From Escherichia phage vB_EcoM-UFV09, in sequence record MZ291552.2: DNA of 64,000 bases; one strand, written 5' to 3'. The notes below the pieces were generated by a model, which was given only the letters and a program-made list of their open reading frames with translations, was not told the DNA's origin and ran no database searches. Position numbers and translations under genes: made by a program. Positions 19,369-29,161 of this stretch are shown here, in pieces (position 1 is the stretch's first letter; each line of letters opens with the position of its first letter).

Positions 19369-20795
19369 TAAAATTTTAATTCATTTGCCAAAGCATCTAA
19401 CTGAGCTCGAGCTGATTCGTTTCTTTGATAGCGATTCTGTTCAGCCTGAATCTGCTGTGAACCTGCTACTTCACTCACTTCGGTTGGAGTAGAATCTTGT
19501 TCAATTTCTACCCATTTTTGATTTCCTTTTTGAACACCCATCAAAAACTTATTCCACTTATTCTTATCACCATATCGTGATTTGATTTGCTTAATGAGTT
19601 GTTGTTCAGCAGCTGCTAGCTCCTCGGTTTCAATGACCGCAAGCATAAAATCAGCTGTTGCTGGAAGACCAGCAGATTCTGCAATATCGCTCATGTTAAC
19701 ATCGGAAGAGTCCCAAGCTTGTTTACCGACCTGTGCTGCAGTCCAAAGAACAGTTTCTGTTTCAACAGCCAGAGCACGTAATTCCTCTGCAATAGCTTTA
19801 ACAGTGGTGTAACTATTTTCTGAATAAACTCTAATGCGGCAAGATTTACAAATACCTAGATAGTCGACAATAATGATTGTTGGAACAAAATTCTTTTTGA
19901 GCTTCAATTCATTCAAGAGAGACCTGAATGTGTTAGCGTCTGCTCCACCAGTAGGATATTGCTTAACGATTAAACGACCGAGAGTAGATTTCTCACGCCA
20001 TTTTTCCATTTTTCCTTTATACTCGGCATAAGAAATATGTCCATCATCAATATCGTCAAGAGAAACATCGAGCATGTTAGCATCAATACGTTTAGCACAG
20101 ACTTCTTCTGCCATTTCCATGGAGATATAAAGAACGTTATGACCAAGCTGCAAATAATCTGCTGCTAATGAACAAAGTCCTAATGATTTACCAACGTTAA
20201 CGCCAGCCATTAAAACGTTCAGTGTTCCAGTCTCAGCTCCGCCTTTAGTAATTTTGTTTAGAATTCTGAGTTTAAATGGAACCTTACGAGCTTTATTCAT
20301 ATAAGATAGCCAACGCGCTTCATAGTCATCCATCCAATCATGACCAACGTAGCTATCAAATGAAATTGATAATGCTTGGCGCATGATGTCAGGAATAGCA
20401 CCTACATCTGGCATTTTCTTATTTCGTTTTTCCGGAGGAAGCTCAGCATTAGTTTGAATTTCAATTATTTTAGATGTGGCGTTAAACATCGCCCTTTGCT
20501 GAACATATTTTTCTGTTTCTTTTACTAACCAGCTATGGTCTTCCGGAGAATCGGCCAGTTTTGAAATAAGTGTTTTTACACCAGAATATTCTGTTTCAGT
20601 AAATGAACTATTTTCTAATGCAACATTTAACGCATTAATAGATGGAACGTTATGGTATTCATTAACATGAGATTTAATTAATTTGAATGTATTTTTAGCT
20701 GGACCACTTTCAAAATATTCTGAATCCATATATGGCCAAACTTTTGAAAAATAAGCTTGATCAAATATGAGATGAGAAAGAATAATTTCTACCAC
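19368..20795 (-). CDS. 41: replicative DNA helicase (DnaB-like)
   Basis: 475 aa, T4 gp41 size; Walker A GVNVGKS. Confidence 0.9.
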   Translation of the reverse strand: MVEIILSHLIFDQAYFSKVWPYMDSEYFESGPAKNTFKLIKSHVNEYHNVPSINALNVALENSSFTETEYSGVKTLISKLADSPEDHSWLVKETEKYVQQRAMFNATSKIIEIQTNAELPPEKRNKKMPDVGAIPDIMRQALSISFDSYVGHDWMDDYEARWLSYMNKARKVPFKLRILNKITKGGAETGTLNVLMAGVNVGKSLGLCSLAADYLQLGHNVLYISMEMAEEVCAKRIDANMLDVSLDDIDDGHISYAEYKGKMEKWREKSTLGRLIVKQYPTGGADANTFRSLLNELKLKKNFVPTIIIVDYLGICKSCRIRVYSENSYTTVKAIAEELRALAVETETVLWTAAQVGKQAWDSSDVNMSDIAESAGLPATADFMLAVIETEELAAAEQQLIKQIKSRYGDKNKWNKFLMGVQKGNQKWVEIEQDSTPTEVSEVAGSQQIQAEQNRYQRNESARAQLDALANELKF

Positions 20796-20804
20796 ACTTA
20801 CTCC

Positions 20805-21167
20805 TTAAAAGAATTTAAATTTTTTCTTTGACCTTTTATTAAATGCATCTTGTAGTTGCATTGTAATACATTTTTCTACATGAGGAGCTAACTCAGCTTT
20901 TCTTTCTTGGTCAAGAACAGCAAAGTCCATTACGACTTTTCCATCAACCCAATCTAATTTTGTCACATACACAATGTGTGTAGAACCGTCTTCTAGTTTA
21001 ATGACAATCTCCTGGATAACATTTTCCATGGCAGATTTAATTATCTTAAGAGATTCATTAAAAAGACGTTCTTTTCTTTCTTCTTCCCCCTCCGAAGAGG
21101 GGGATTCATCGATAATTTTTAGATCTAAATCTAAATCATCTTTATTCATTAAATTCTTCCATATCAC
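20805..21167 (-). CDS. 40: gp40-like protein
   Basis: 120-aa ORF between 41 and uvsX, as in T4. Confidence 0.5.
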   Translation of the reverse strand: MIWKNLMNKDDLDLDLKIIDESPSSEGEEERKERLFNESLKIIKSAMENVIQEIVIKLEDGSTHIVYVTKLDWVDGKVVMDFAVLDQERKAELAPHVEKCITMQLQDAFNKRSKKKFKFF

Positions 21168-22323
21168 TTAACTGATCTAGGTCAGTTTCTAAATCAGCTG
21201 CTGATTTACTTTTACTTTCTGGAGATTTAAATTTTTCAACCTTTGAGTTAATCAATTCATCAACTTCAGCTTCAACAATTTCATTACTATCAATAGCACC
21301 TAACTGATAAGCACGTTTAATAGCATCTCGGAACGGTTGATGCTTAAATAAAGGACCCCAGAATGTAGTGCAATTGGTATCTTTTGCACGCCAAGATTTT
21401 TCTTCGCGAATCATCTCGCCGGTTTCTTCGTCAAGAAATTCACGAGCATACCAGCCATTTTTAGGTTTTACCACAAATCCTAATTCTAAAGCCATATCTA
21501 ACAATCCAGAATAAGGATCGATGCCACCGTCAAATTTAACATCAATAAAGAATTTACTTTTTTCTTTGACGGTACGAGATTTTTCTACATTTAGAACAAA
21601 TTGATACCCCTGAAGATCAGAACCATCTTTAATCTGGCGCTTACCGATAATGAATACGGTATCAGCCGAATACATTACACCTGTACCACCTGTCATCACG
21701 GTTTTACTAAACATTTCAATTGTTTCAATTGTGTGGTTAACCGCAACACATGGAATATTTTTAATACTAAAATAAGGAGTAACAATACGGAATAATGACT
21801 TCAGTGATTTAGCACGAGTCATATCTGCCACAGATTTTTCATTCAAGGCATCTTCCGTTTCTTTCTTAGAAGCCATATTACCGATTGAGTCGATGAATAC
21901 AATAACTTTTTCACCACGCTCAATAGCTTCAAGCTGATTCACCATATCAATTTTCAGCTGTTCAACTGACTGAATTGGTGTATGAATTACTCGTTCCGGA
22001 TCAACTCCCATGGATCGCAAATAAGCTGGAGTAATACCAAATTCGCTATCATAGAATAGACACACCGCGTCAGGATATTTGTTCAAATACGCCGCAACCA
22101 TAGTCAAAGACATATTTGATTTAAAGTGTTTAGAAGGACCTGCAAAAATGGTTAAACCAGACTGCATACCACCATCAATCGCACCTGAAATAGCGATATT
22201 AAGCATTGGGATTTTTGTACGGATTACATCCTTTTCATTAAAGAATTTAGATGTAGTCAGTTCAGCAGTCATTTTAGAAGTGGAAGCTTTAATCAAACGG
22301 GATTTTAAATCTGCAATAGACAT
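21142..22323 (-). CDS. uvsX: UvsX recombinase (RecA-like)
   Basis: 393 aa, highly similar to recalled T4 UvsX throughout. Confidence 0.95.
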   Translation of the reverse strand: MSIADLKSRLIKASTSKMTAELTTSKFFNEKDVIRTKIPMLNIAISGAIDGGMQSGLTIFAGPSKHFKSNMSLTMVAAYLNKYPDAVCLFYDSEFGITPAYLRSMGVDPERVIHTPIQSVEQLKIDMVNQLEAIERGEKVIVFIDSIGNMASKKETEDALNEKSVADMTRAKSLKSLFRIVTPYFSIKNIPCVAVNHTIETIEMFSKTVMTGGTGVMYSADTVFIIGKRQIKDGSDLQGYQFVLNVEKSRTVKEKSKFFIDVKFDGGIDPYSGLLDMALELGFVVKPKNGWYAREFLDEETGEMIREEKSWRAKDTNCTTFWGPLFKHQPFRDAIKRAYQLGAIDSNEIVEAEVDELINSKVEKFKSPESKSKSAADLETDLDQLSDMEEFNE

Positions 22324-22400
22324 TCATTTTTTCCATAGGCATCATTATATTTTCCTCACTGGTTAAAGATAAAGTAATTATAACACAATAAATTTAGGCA

Positions 22401-23249
22401 TTAATCAACTGCTATTGGATGAATAGCATTAAACTTATGAAACGCTTCTGATTTTTCTTTGCGCGAAACACACATGCGAAGAACCTTTAATGGCTCGTCT
22501 TCTTCACCCAACGATTTTCTCTTTTCAATATTAGAAGTTTTCCAACGAGCTTGCTCTGGAAACTCTCTATTGATTTGCTCAAGAGCTCTATTATGTTTTG
22601 AATTACTACGAATTGAACTACATCCGCCTGGAGCTTGTGCTTTTCCAGATACAACCAGATATTTGAACAAGGCCAAATGCGGATAACCTTGATTAATTAA
22701 ATTGAGAAATGCATACATATCTTCGCATAAATCAATTTTTCCATACCCAATTTGTTCTGTTGTAAGTTTCCCGAGGTCATACCAAGTATTCGTGAATCCA
22801 TATGAATTTTCACGATAATTACCCCAAGATGAAGTAATTTTAAAAATTGGTAAACGAGCATGGCCATGATAATACCCGCAATCCATGGCATCTTCAACGT
22901 ATTGAATCAATTCATAGAACTGTTCACGAGTTAACTGATTAATTTTATCTACGCAGCGACGGTCATCTTTCTTTCGCATTGAACTCATACGAATAGTAGT
23001 ATCATCGTCAATCATCCAAATTCGTTGACCTGCATACATATCAGTAATTGCTTTACGAGTACCAGCAATTCCGTTAACATCATCAGGAATAGTTATAATT
23101 TTAGCTCTAGACCCGTAAGCGTCATAATAAGCTTTTTCTTCGTGTTCACGTACTACAATATGTGGTTCATAATCAGTCGGAAACATATCAAGGGCAGAAA
23201 CTGCCCCTACGCGTTGATAGCTTGGAATTACGAATTGAATCATTTCCAC
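22401..23249 (-). CDS. putative glycosyltransferase at the beta-gt locus, not T4 beta-gt-like
   Basis: 282 aa between uvsX and 42; acidic IDDDTTI motif resembling a GT-A DxD; no resemblance to recalled T4 beta-glucosyltransferase. Confidence 0.45.
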   Translation of the reverse strand: MEMIQFVIPSYQRVGAVSALDMFPTDYEPHIVVREHEEKAYYDAYGSRAKIITIPDDVNGIAGTRKAITDMYAGQRIWMIDDDTTIRMSSMRKKDDRRCVDKINQLTREQFYELIQYVEDAMDCGYYHGHARLPIFKITSSWGNYRENSYGFTNTWYDLGKLTTEQIGYGKIDLCEDMYAFLNLINQGYPHLALFKYLVVSGKAQAPGGCSSIRSNSKHNRALEQINREFPEQARWKTSNIEKRKSLGEEDEPLKVLRMCVSRKEKSEAFHKFNAIHPIAVD

Positions 23250-23980
23250 TCACCGTTATAATCTTTTTTCGCAATATGAGTTTCGCCAGTTTTCCACCAA
23301 TGGTCAACCAAATAAAAATGACGGGAATACACATGAAGGCTCCCGACATTCCATATAATGGAACCTGCTTTATACTGACGGGTTGAATCACCTGCATTCA
23401 AATCAGATACTAATTTATCTAGTACGTATTTTTGCCATGCATAATCATTACGGAATCCGAAGACCACGTCATTTGAACGCATGCTTACTACTGCATTGAC
23501 TTTCTTATCACGAATCAGGTACTGTACTGTATTCGTACACATGAAATCTGACATACCATCTTTATTGTAGTCAAACTGCATGGATGGACGAGTATAAATC
23601 ATGATACCACGCCGAGAATCAGGATTTTGACCAAGTTCAGCTAAACACATATCATACTGAGCATAGTTATCTTCTGACCAAATAGCCCAACCATAATTCG
23701 AGTTAATTTCGCCTTTAGAAGATGCTACCTGTTGCCAAATCTTCGGTGTTTCACCTGGAATATCTTTAACAAACAGGCTTTGAGACTTATACCATTCAAG
23801 TTCACGCTGAATGTATTCATCATTAAGAGCGCCAAAAATAAAAGGTTCATCTGCTACAAATGATGCACCAATAATTTCAATAGTTTTAACACCAGTTTTA
23901 TCAATTACGAAATCTTTTTCCTTTAATGCAAGACCCAAATCAAGACGGATTTCTTCAACTGTCATATAATCGTTAATCAT
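23240..23980 (-). CDS. 42: dCMP hydroxymethylase
   Basis: 246 aa, near-identical to recalled T4 gp42. Confidence 0.95.
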   Translation of the reverse strand: MINDYMTVEEIRLDLGLALKEKDFVIDKTGVKTIEIIGASFVADEPFIFGALNDEYIQRELEWYKSQSLFVKDIPGETPKIWQQVASSKGEINSNYGWAIWSEDNYAQYDMCLAELGQNPDSRRGIMIYTRPSMQFDYNKDGMSDFMCTNTVQYLIRDKKVNAVVSMRSNDVVFGFRNDYAWQKYVLDKLVSDLNAGDSTRQYKAGSIIWNVGSLHVYSRHFYLVDHWWKTGETHIAKKDYNGEWK

Positions 23981-24133
23981 TTAAACCTCAATTGATGCAT
24001 TCATATTTAATTTGTAACAGTAATAAACCCCAACCTATAATAAGTGTCGGAATCATACAAGGAACCGTTACGCTATAGTATATACTTATTATAATCATCA
24101 AGATTAAAAGCAATACTGCTAAAATTTTGCTTT

Positions 24134-24385
24134 TCATTCCTTCTCTCTGATGATAATTACTTGATTTGGTTGTACAGATTTTTTAGTTTCACCTGCAATT
24201 GACCAAATAAATGTAATAAACCAACCAATGATTGACCAGTTAAACAGTAAAGATGTGAAAAAGATTCCTACTGTCGATTTTGACCCACGCATCAAGGCGA
24301 TGAACCATGGAAGCATGTATATAATAATAGCCAACACGCCTGAAACTAAAACCATAAAAATTGAACCTGCTACTAAAGTTTCCAT
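24134..24385 (-). CDS. imm: Imm superinfection immunity membrane protein
   Basis: 83 aa, two TM segments; size and position match T4 Imm. Confidence 0.8.
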   Translation of the reverse strand: METLVAGSIFMVLVSGVLAIIIYMLPWFIALMRGSKSTVGIFFTSLLFNWSIIGWFITFIWSIAGETKKSVQPNQVIIIREKE

Positions 24386-24392
24386 ATTTTCC

Positions 24393-24773
24393 TCACTTAG
24401 TCAAATTTTTTACGCATGAATTATAAGAATTCACTACATACTCCATCGGAGCATTTTTACCTGTACGCCATTGGTAATTATTAGCCCAATTAGCCCAAAG
24501 CTCAGCGCAGTAGTTTTCAATTTTTTCTTCGCGTGTAATTACATCTGAATTACGATATGCTTGAGCAGATTCATCTGGGCGAATAGCTTCGTCAAAATTC
24601 GCCTGCATCTGTTCTACTGTCTGTTTTGGAGCTTCTTTATAACACTTAACATTAGGATTATAAAATTTGCTTGAACAGTTTACAATTTTTCCTACATCAG
24701 ATTGATTTACTACCGGTCCTTGAGCTACACAGCCAGTAAGACCTAATGCAATAACCAAAATAGCGATTTTCAT
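24393..24773 (-). CDS. lipoprotein-like hypothetical protein
   Basis: 126 aa; signal peptide with lipobox LTGC. Confidence 0.5.
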   Translation of the reverse strand: MKIAILVIALGLTGCVAQGPVVNQSDVGKIVNCSSKFYNPNVKCYKEAPKQTVEQMQANFDEAIRPDESAQAYRNSDVITREEKIENYCAELWANWANNYQWRTGKNAPMEYVVNSYNSCVKNLTK

Positions 24774-24783
24774 AATAATTTCC

Positions 24784-25020
24784 TCAAATACAAGTAGTAA
24801 TTACTCCAGTAGTGCTTACACAGGTATTACCTAATTGAACACCCAACGTTCCATTAGTATTCATATGAAGATTATCATCAATTTTTGTTGATACTTTACC
24901 ATTCATGTGAATAATAGTATTAGATTCAATCACATTCTGAGTGTCATTTTCAATATCAATAAATGGAACAGTTGCTAATGCAACTAAACACACTGCTAAA
25001 CAACCATAAACAATTTTCAT
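24784..25020 (-). CDS. small secreted hypothetical protein
   Basis: Trimmed to MKIVYGCLAVCLVALA... (78 aa, signal peptide) behind GGAGAATAAA-ATG; the longer track ORF reads through the promoter repeat. Confidence 0.45.
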   Translation of the reverse strand: MKIVYGCLAVCLVALATVPFIDIENDTQNVIESNTIIHMNGKVSTKIDDNLHMNTNGTLGVQLGNTCVSTTGVITTCI

Positions 25021-25174
25021 TTTATTCTCCAAATCCGTATCAGTTGATAGTTGTATAGTACCATGGAAGAACGGGGATGTAAATAGTTTTGTGAAAAAAT
25101 TTTTAATGAATTTACAGGACCTAGAATCATCTATTTTTCCTAAGTATAGATTTATATTACTTGTATGAAAAAGG

Positions 25175-25193
25175 GACCCGGAGGTCCCTAGAT
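25175..25193 (-). terminator. stem-loop terminator downstream of gene 43
   Basis: gggacc-cgga-ggtccc hairpin preceded by an A-run on the plus strand. Confidence 0.5.
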
Positions 25194-25201
25194 TTATTCT
25201 A

Positions 25202-27898
25202 TCAGCCAAACAGGAAGTCTAACGAAGCTTTTTCCTCATAGTCCATACCTGCCGATTCACACATGCCCGCAAGCGGTTTAACAAACGATTTTTGGAACAA
25301 AGTTGAGTAGTCAATCCAAGATAGTACGTCAGAACGAATTTCTTTTGGAAGTTCCGTACCCGATGGCCAAGCAATGCACTTGTCACCAAATGGATTTCCC
25401 TCACGTAACGGAAGAACCATTACCTTATTTCCATCCAAAATTGGAGCTACACCTAAACCGCTAACAGCTCGACGATAAGTTAGCACCCCACGAATATGGA
25501 ACGGGCATTTAAACCCTGGCCAACCTTTATCGTCATATTTCGCTATATCGTTCGCGGTTTTTACTTCAGCAATAACTTTATAGTCAAGTTGACGGTATTC
25601 TTTCTCAAAGTTCTTATAGTATTCTTGGACAGACTCTTCGCCTTCCTGAAGAATACGACGAATACTTTCTTCGAGAGCTTCTTGCACTGCTTTTGGTGTT
25701 GAACTCTGCTGAGTTTCCATACCCATGATTTTTAGATGTGGTTCAGCGAATCGCTTATCTTCCATATCATAAACGTTCAGAGCATAACGCTTTTTCGCTT
25801 TCCAAAATCCACCAACGCCCTTTGAACCAAGTGGAGGGCAAGAAATAGCTTCACGGTCCATATGCATCAGATGCTCGCGGTTATTCATATAATCACATAA
25901 CTCACGATATGCAACATCAATCATAGGTTCCATCTTTTTCTTACCGAACTGATTCATGAATTCAACTAAATCGTTCTGCTCTTTGAATCGGTCAAGACCA
26001 ACTTTTTCAATAACTTTATCTACACAAACATATACCGAATCAGTATCACCTGCTGCAATGAAATCTTCGCCATTAGTTCCGCACACTTTATTCAGATACT
26101 CATTAATTTTACGAGCAATCCACTGAATACCAACTTGGCCGAAAATTGTGATAGCAGTAGCATTTCGCAAATCATAGTAACGGAAATGAATATTACCAAG
26201 AGCACCATAAAGACTGTTAATAAGAATTTTACGGTTCAGCTGATTTGTGTTAGCAAGTGTAGCTGCTTTTTCACATTCTTCAATCAAACTATTGAGAACA
26301 GATTCAGTGTAATTCGATAATTCATTTAAGAAATCATCGCTGAACTTAACATATCGTTCAACTTCTGGTTTAGTTGAACAAGACCCTGCACCTTTCATAA
26401 TAATCTTTTTAATAGCTTCGGCATTCATTTCTTCAGCGAACATTTTCTTTTTCCAATCTTTACGCTGGAAAAATACTTTAGCGATTTCCTTTGGAATGAT
26501 ACCTTCTTGATGCTTATCATACATCCATCCATTCGGAGAACAAGAATATTCATCACTTGGCTTAGGAGCTGTTCCTGCGATATATTCATGAATTGGATGA
26601 ACTTTAAACTGACCACGAATAGTTTCAGGACTAATGTTAACCTGGCGAATAATGCTCGGATACAGAGACGTCAAGTCAAAACTCATAATATATCGACGAG
26701 CAATTGGTTTAGGTTCAAACACAAATGCACCCGGAAAACTCTGTTTAACGTGTGAACCTTGTTGAGGAATAACCTTATGTTCACCTTTCAATGAGTTAAA
26801 AATAATAGCATCCCAAGTTTTAATAGGACTCATTACACCAGAAAAAGGCATTTTAGCGTAATAAGACATACTTAAAACTAGATCAATAAACCCACGAATT
26901 TTATCAATTGCTTGAACTGATTCTACGTCAATGATGTTATAACTAATGTATCGTTGATGATTAGTCTCACGAAGTTTATTAATAGGACCGTCGTATGGTA
27001 ATTTACCTTTTTTGGTTTCATGCTGAGCAACTGATTCCAAAGAGAATGACGGCAAATTAGTAAATGCGAATTTCTTATACAAATCTAAATAATCAAGAAT
27101 AGATACGCCATCAATAGAATAAATTTCTTTGCTACCGTACATATTTTGGATAAGTTTAGATTTTACTCGACCGATTGGAGAGAAGCGTTTCATACTGCGT
27201 TCACCAAGAACCATTTTAACGCGATTCATGATATACGGAACGTCAAATCCCTCAATATTCCAACCAGTAAAAATAGCAGGTCGTTTCTGTTCCCAGAGAT
27301 TGATATATTCCATGAGCATATCACGCTCATTATCGAATGGCATATAAATTACTCGGTCAAGAATTTCTTGAGGAACTTCATCACCACCTTCACAGTCAAG
27401 CTTAGCAGCTAACTTTGCATCCCATTTTGATACTGAACCGTACATTGAATTCAAAAGGTCGAAAACATAAAAACGATCATCAATTGAATCATAATGAGTG
27501 ATAGCATCAATTTCATATTCTGCTTTCATTGGGTCAGGAAATTTATCACCAGTAACCTCAATGTCACAGTTAGCTACACGAACAAATTTTCGGTCATAAA
27601 CAATTTCTGAACCGTATGTATCACTGATATAAGCGAGTTTAAAATCGTTCATACCGAGAGCTTCGAGACCGATGTCTTCCATTCGCTTCATCCAATCTCG
27701 AGCATCTTTCATTGATGGAAATTTTTGAGGAGCGCAATTTTTACCATAGATGTCTTTGTATTTTGACTCTTCCTTACAATGCCTAAACATAGTTGGAAGA
27801 TATTCTACTTCACGAGTACGTTCCTTTCCGTTTTCATCAATATAACGTTCAACAATGTTATTTCCGACTGTTTCAATAGAGATATAAAATTCTTTCAT
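25202..27898 (-). CDS. 43: DNA polymerase (family B)
   Basis: 898 aa, T4 gp43 size, with 3'-5' exonuclease and polymerase motifs. Confidence 0.95.
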   Translation of the reverse strand: MKEFYISIETVGNNIVERYIDENGKERTREVEYLPTMFRHCKEESKYKDIYGKNCAPQKFPSMKDARDWMKRMEDIGLEALGMNDFKLAYISDTYGSEIVYDRKFVRVANCDIEVTGDKFPDPMKAEYEIDAITHYDSIDDRFYVFDLLNSMYGSVSKWDAKLAAKLDCEGGDEVPQEILDRVIYMPFDNERDMLMEYINLWEQKRPAIFTGWNIEGFDVPYIMNRVKMVLGERSMKRFSPIGRVKSKLIQNMYGSKEIYSIDGVSILDYLDLYKKFAFTNLPSFSLESVAQHETKKGKLPYDGPINKLRETNHQRYISYNIIDVESVQAIDKIRGFIDLVLSMSYYAKMPFSGVMSPIKTWDAIIFNSLKGEHKVIPQQGSHVKQSFPGAFVFEPKPIARRYIMSFDLTSLYPSIIRQVNISPETIRGQFKVHPIHEYIAGTAPKPSDEYSCSPNGWMYDKHQEGIIPKEIAKVFFQRKDWKKKMFAEEMNAEAIKKIIMKGAGSCSTKPEVERYVKFSDDFLNELSNYTESVLNSLIEECEKAATLANTNQLNRKILINSLYGALGNIHFRYYDLRNATAITIFGQVGIQWIARKINEYLNKVCGTNGEDFIAAGDTDSVYVCVDKVIEKVGLDRFKEQNDLVEFMNQFGKKKMEPMIDVAYRELCDYMNNREHLMHMDREAISCPPLGSKGVGGFWKAKKRYALNVYDMEDKRFAEPHLKIMGMETQQSSTPKAVQEALEESIRRILQEGEESVQEYYKNFEKEYRQLDYKVIAEVKTANDIAKYDDKGWPGFKCPFHIRGVLTYRRAVSGLGVAPILDGNKVMVLPLREGNPFGDKCIAWPSGTELPKEIRSDVLSWIDYSTLFQKSFVKPLAGMCESAGMDYEEKASLDFLFG

Positions 27899-27954
27899 AG
27901 ATATTCCTTAGTTTATAGCCCGAGTTATTAGGCTCTTGATATATTATACTCCAA

Positions 27955-27972
27955 ATAAGGGGCCGAAGCCCC
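27955..27972 (-). terminator. stem-loop terminator or RNA-stabilising hairpin
   Basis: ggggc-cgaa-gcccc hairpin just downstream of the 78-aa ORF. Confidence 0.5.
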
Positions 27973-27979
27973 TTTGCTT

Positions 27980-28216
27980 TTAAATTTCTATTGTATGACG
28001 CGATATAACGGACTTGCCATCTTTATTTGTGGTTTTGATAATCGCATGAAATACGCGTTGGCGTGGGTAAACTAATCGTTGGAATTCTTTTTGGAATTCT
28101 ATTTGTTTATCTTCTGGGAGGTCAAAAACCAGTTGGGTAGAAGACAGACCATATGTTTGTTTTAGATTTTCGAATATTAGAAAAGCTTCGGTAAACTGAA
28201 TCTTTGATTGTGTCAT
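27980..28216 (-). CDS. small hypothetical protein between regA and gene 43
   Basis: Start trimmed to MTQSKIQF... (78 aa); ATG is coupled to the regA stop. Confidence 0.45.
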   Translation of the reverse strand: MTQSKIQFTEAFLIFENLKQTYGLSSTQLVFDLPEDKQIEFQKEFQRLVYPRQRVFHAIIKTTNKDGKSVISRHTIEI

Positions 28217-28226
28217 ATAATTTACC

Positions 28227-28595
28227 TTAATTACCAATCGTATATTTAGGAACGAGTTTCCATTCATGTTTTTGTTTAAAAGAAATAACTCGGAAGTTAT
28301 TAGTTAAATCTTTCATAAAAGTTCTTTGACCAGGAACGATTTCAATCAGTCCCCAATCTTCTAACAGCCATGCAATCGAATCACGACGAACTTCATCTTC
28401 TTCTGTCATTTCAACTTGACGGCCATCCATACGAAGCATTTCTTTAAAATGAACGATATAGTATAGTCCTTTTTTCTGGAGAATGTGGCAGGACTGATAC
28501 AGAACTTTATCTTTATTATTAGCAATTCCCATACGAGTCAAAGTTTCTTTTACTTTCAGAAAATCTTCAGGTTTTTTAAGAGTAATTTCAATCAT
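28227..28595 (-). CDS. regA: RegA translational repressor
   Basis: 122 aa; matches recalled T4 RegA. Confidence 0.9.
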   Translation of the reverse strand: MIEITLKKPEDFLKVKETLTRMGIANNKDKVLYQSCHILQKKGLYYIVHFKEMLRMDGRQVEMTEEDEVRRDSIAWLLEDWGLIEIVPGQRTFMKDLTNNFRVISFKQKHEWKLVPKYTIGN

Positions 28596-28596
28596 T

Positions 28597-29160
28597 TTAC
28601 CATTCCAATGCTAGTTTTTTGAGTTGTTTCTGTTCTTTTACATTCTTAGTCACTTCTTTTAAAAAATCATCCGTGACTAAACCTTTTAGTTCTTTTAATA
28701 CTAAAGGAAGTTTTCCATTTTTAGTAAGAATTGATTTATAGTTAATTGCATCATTTGTATTAACTTGATACCGCTTAGCAAGTAACTTAATAATCAATAC
28801 TTCAGTAGAATCTTCGACCAGTTTTGCCCATTTACCATATCTTTTACCCCGAGGAACAGCAGCCATCAGGTAATTAAAATGGGCTTCATCGCTTAAACCT
28901 GATCCAATTAAATTCATAGCATATACAGCTGGCATGCATTCAGGAAATTGTGATAATGCATTCTCAACCATGTATTTTGAATAATCTTTTTGAGCAATAG
29001 AGCATTTAGTTTTATTATTAATAGCTCCAATTATTTCAAAAAACTCATTTTCAGCTTTTTCTTTAAAAGAATCAGCAGCAGATTGGACAGCTGTCCAATC
29101 TTTTGAATACCAAGCAACTTGATGCTCGTTTAATTGAATATCATCTTCAAATAAGCTCAT
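28597..29160 (-). CDS. 62: clamp loader small subunit
   Basis: Trimmed to MSLFEDDIQ... (187 aa, T4 gp62 size). Confidence 0.85.
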   Translation of the reverse strand: MSLFEDDIQLNEHQVAWYSKDWTAVQSAADSFKEKAENEFFEIIGAINNKTKCSIAQKDYSKYMVENALSQFPECMPAVYAMNLIGSGLSDEAHFNYLMAAVPRGKRYGKWAKLVEDSTEVLIIKLLAKRYQVNTNDAINYKSILTKNGKLPLVLKELKGLVTDDFLKEVTKNVKEQKQLKKLALEW

Positions 29161-29161
29161 A

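Noticed and set aside
24784-25209. Long N-terminal extensions of track ORFs at 24784-25209, 50710-51297, 51702-52838 and 15538-16149.
   Set aside because: The extensions read through the repeated promoter/leader cassette (shared peptide GTIQLSTDTDLENKMK) and precede a ribosome-binding site plus internal ATG; the genes were trimmed to the internal start.
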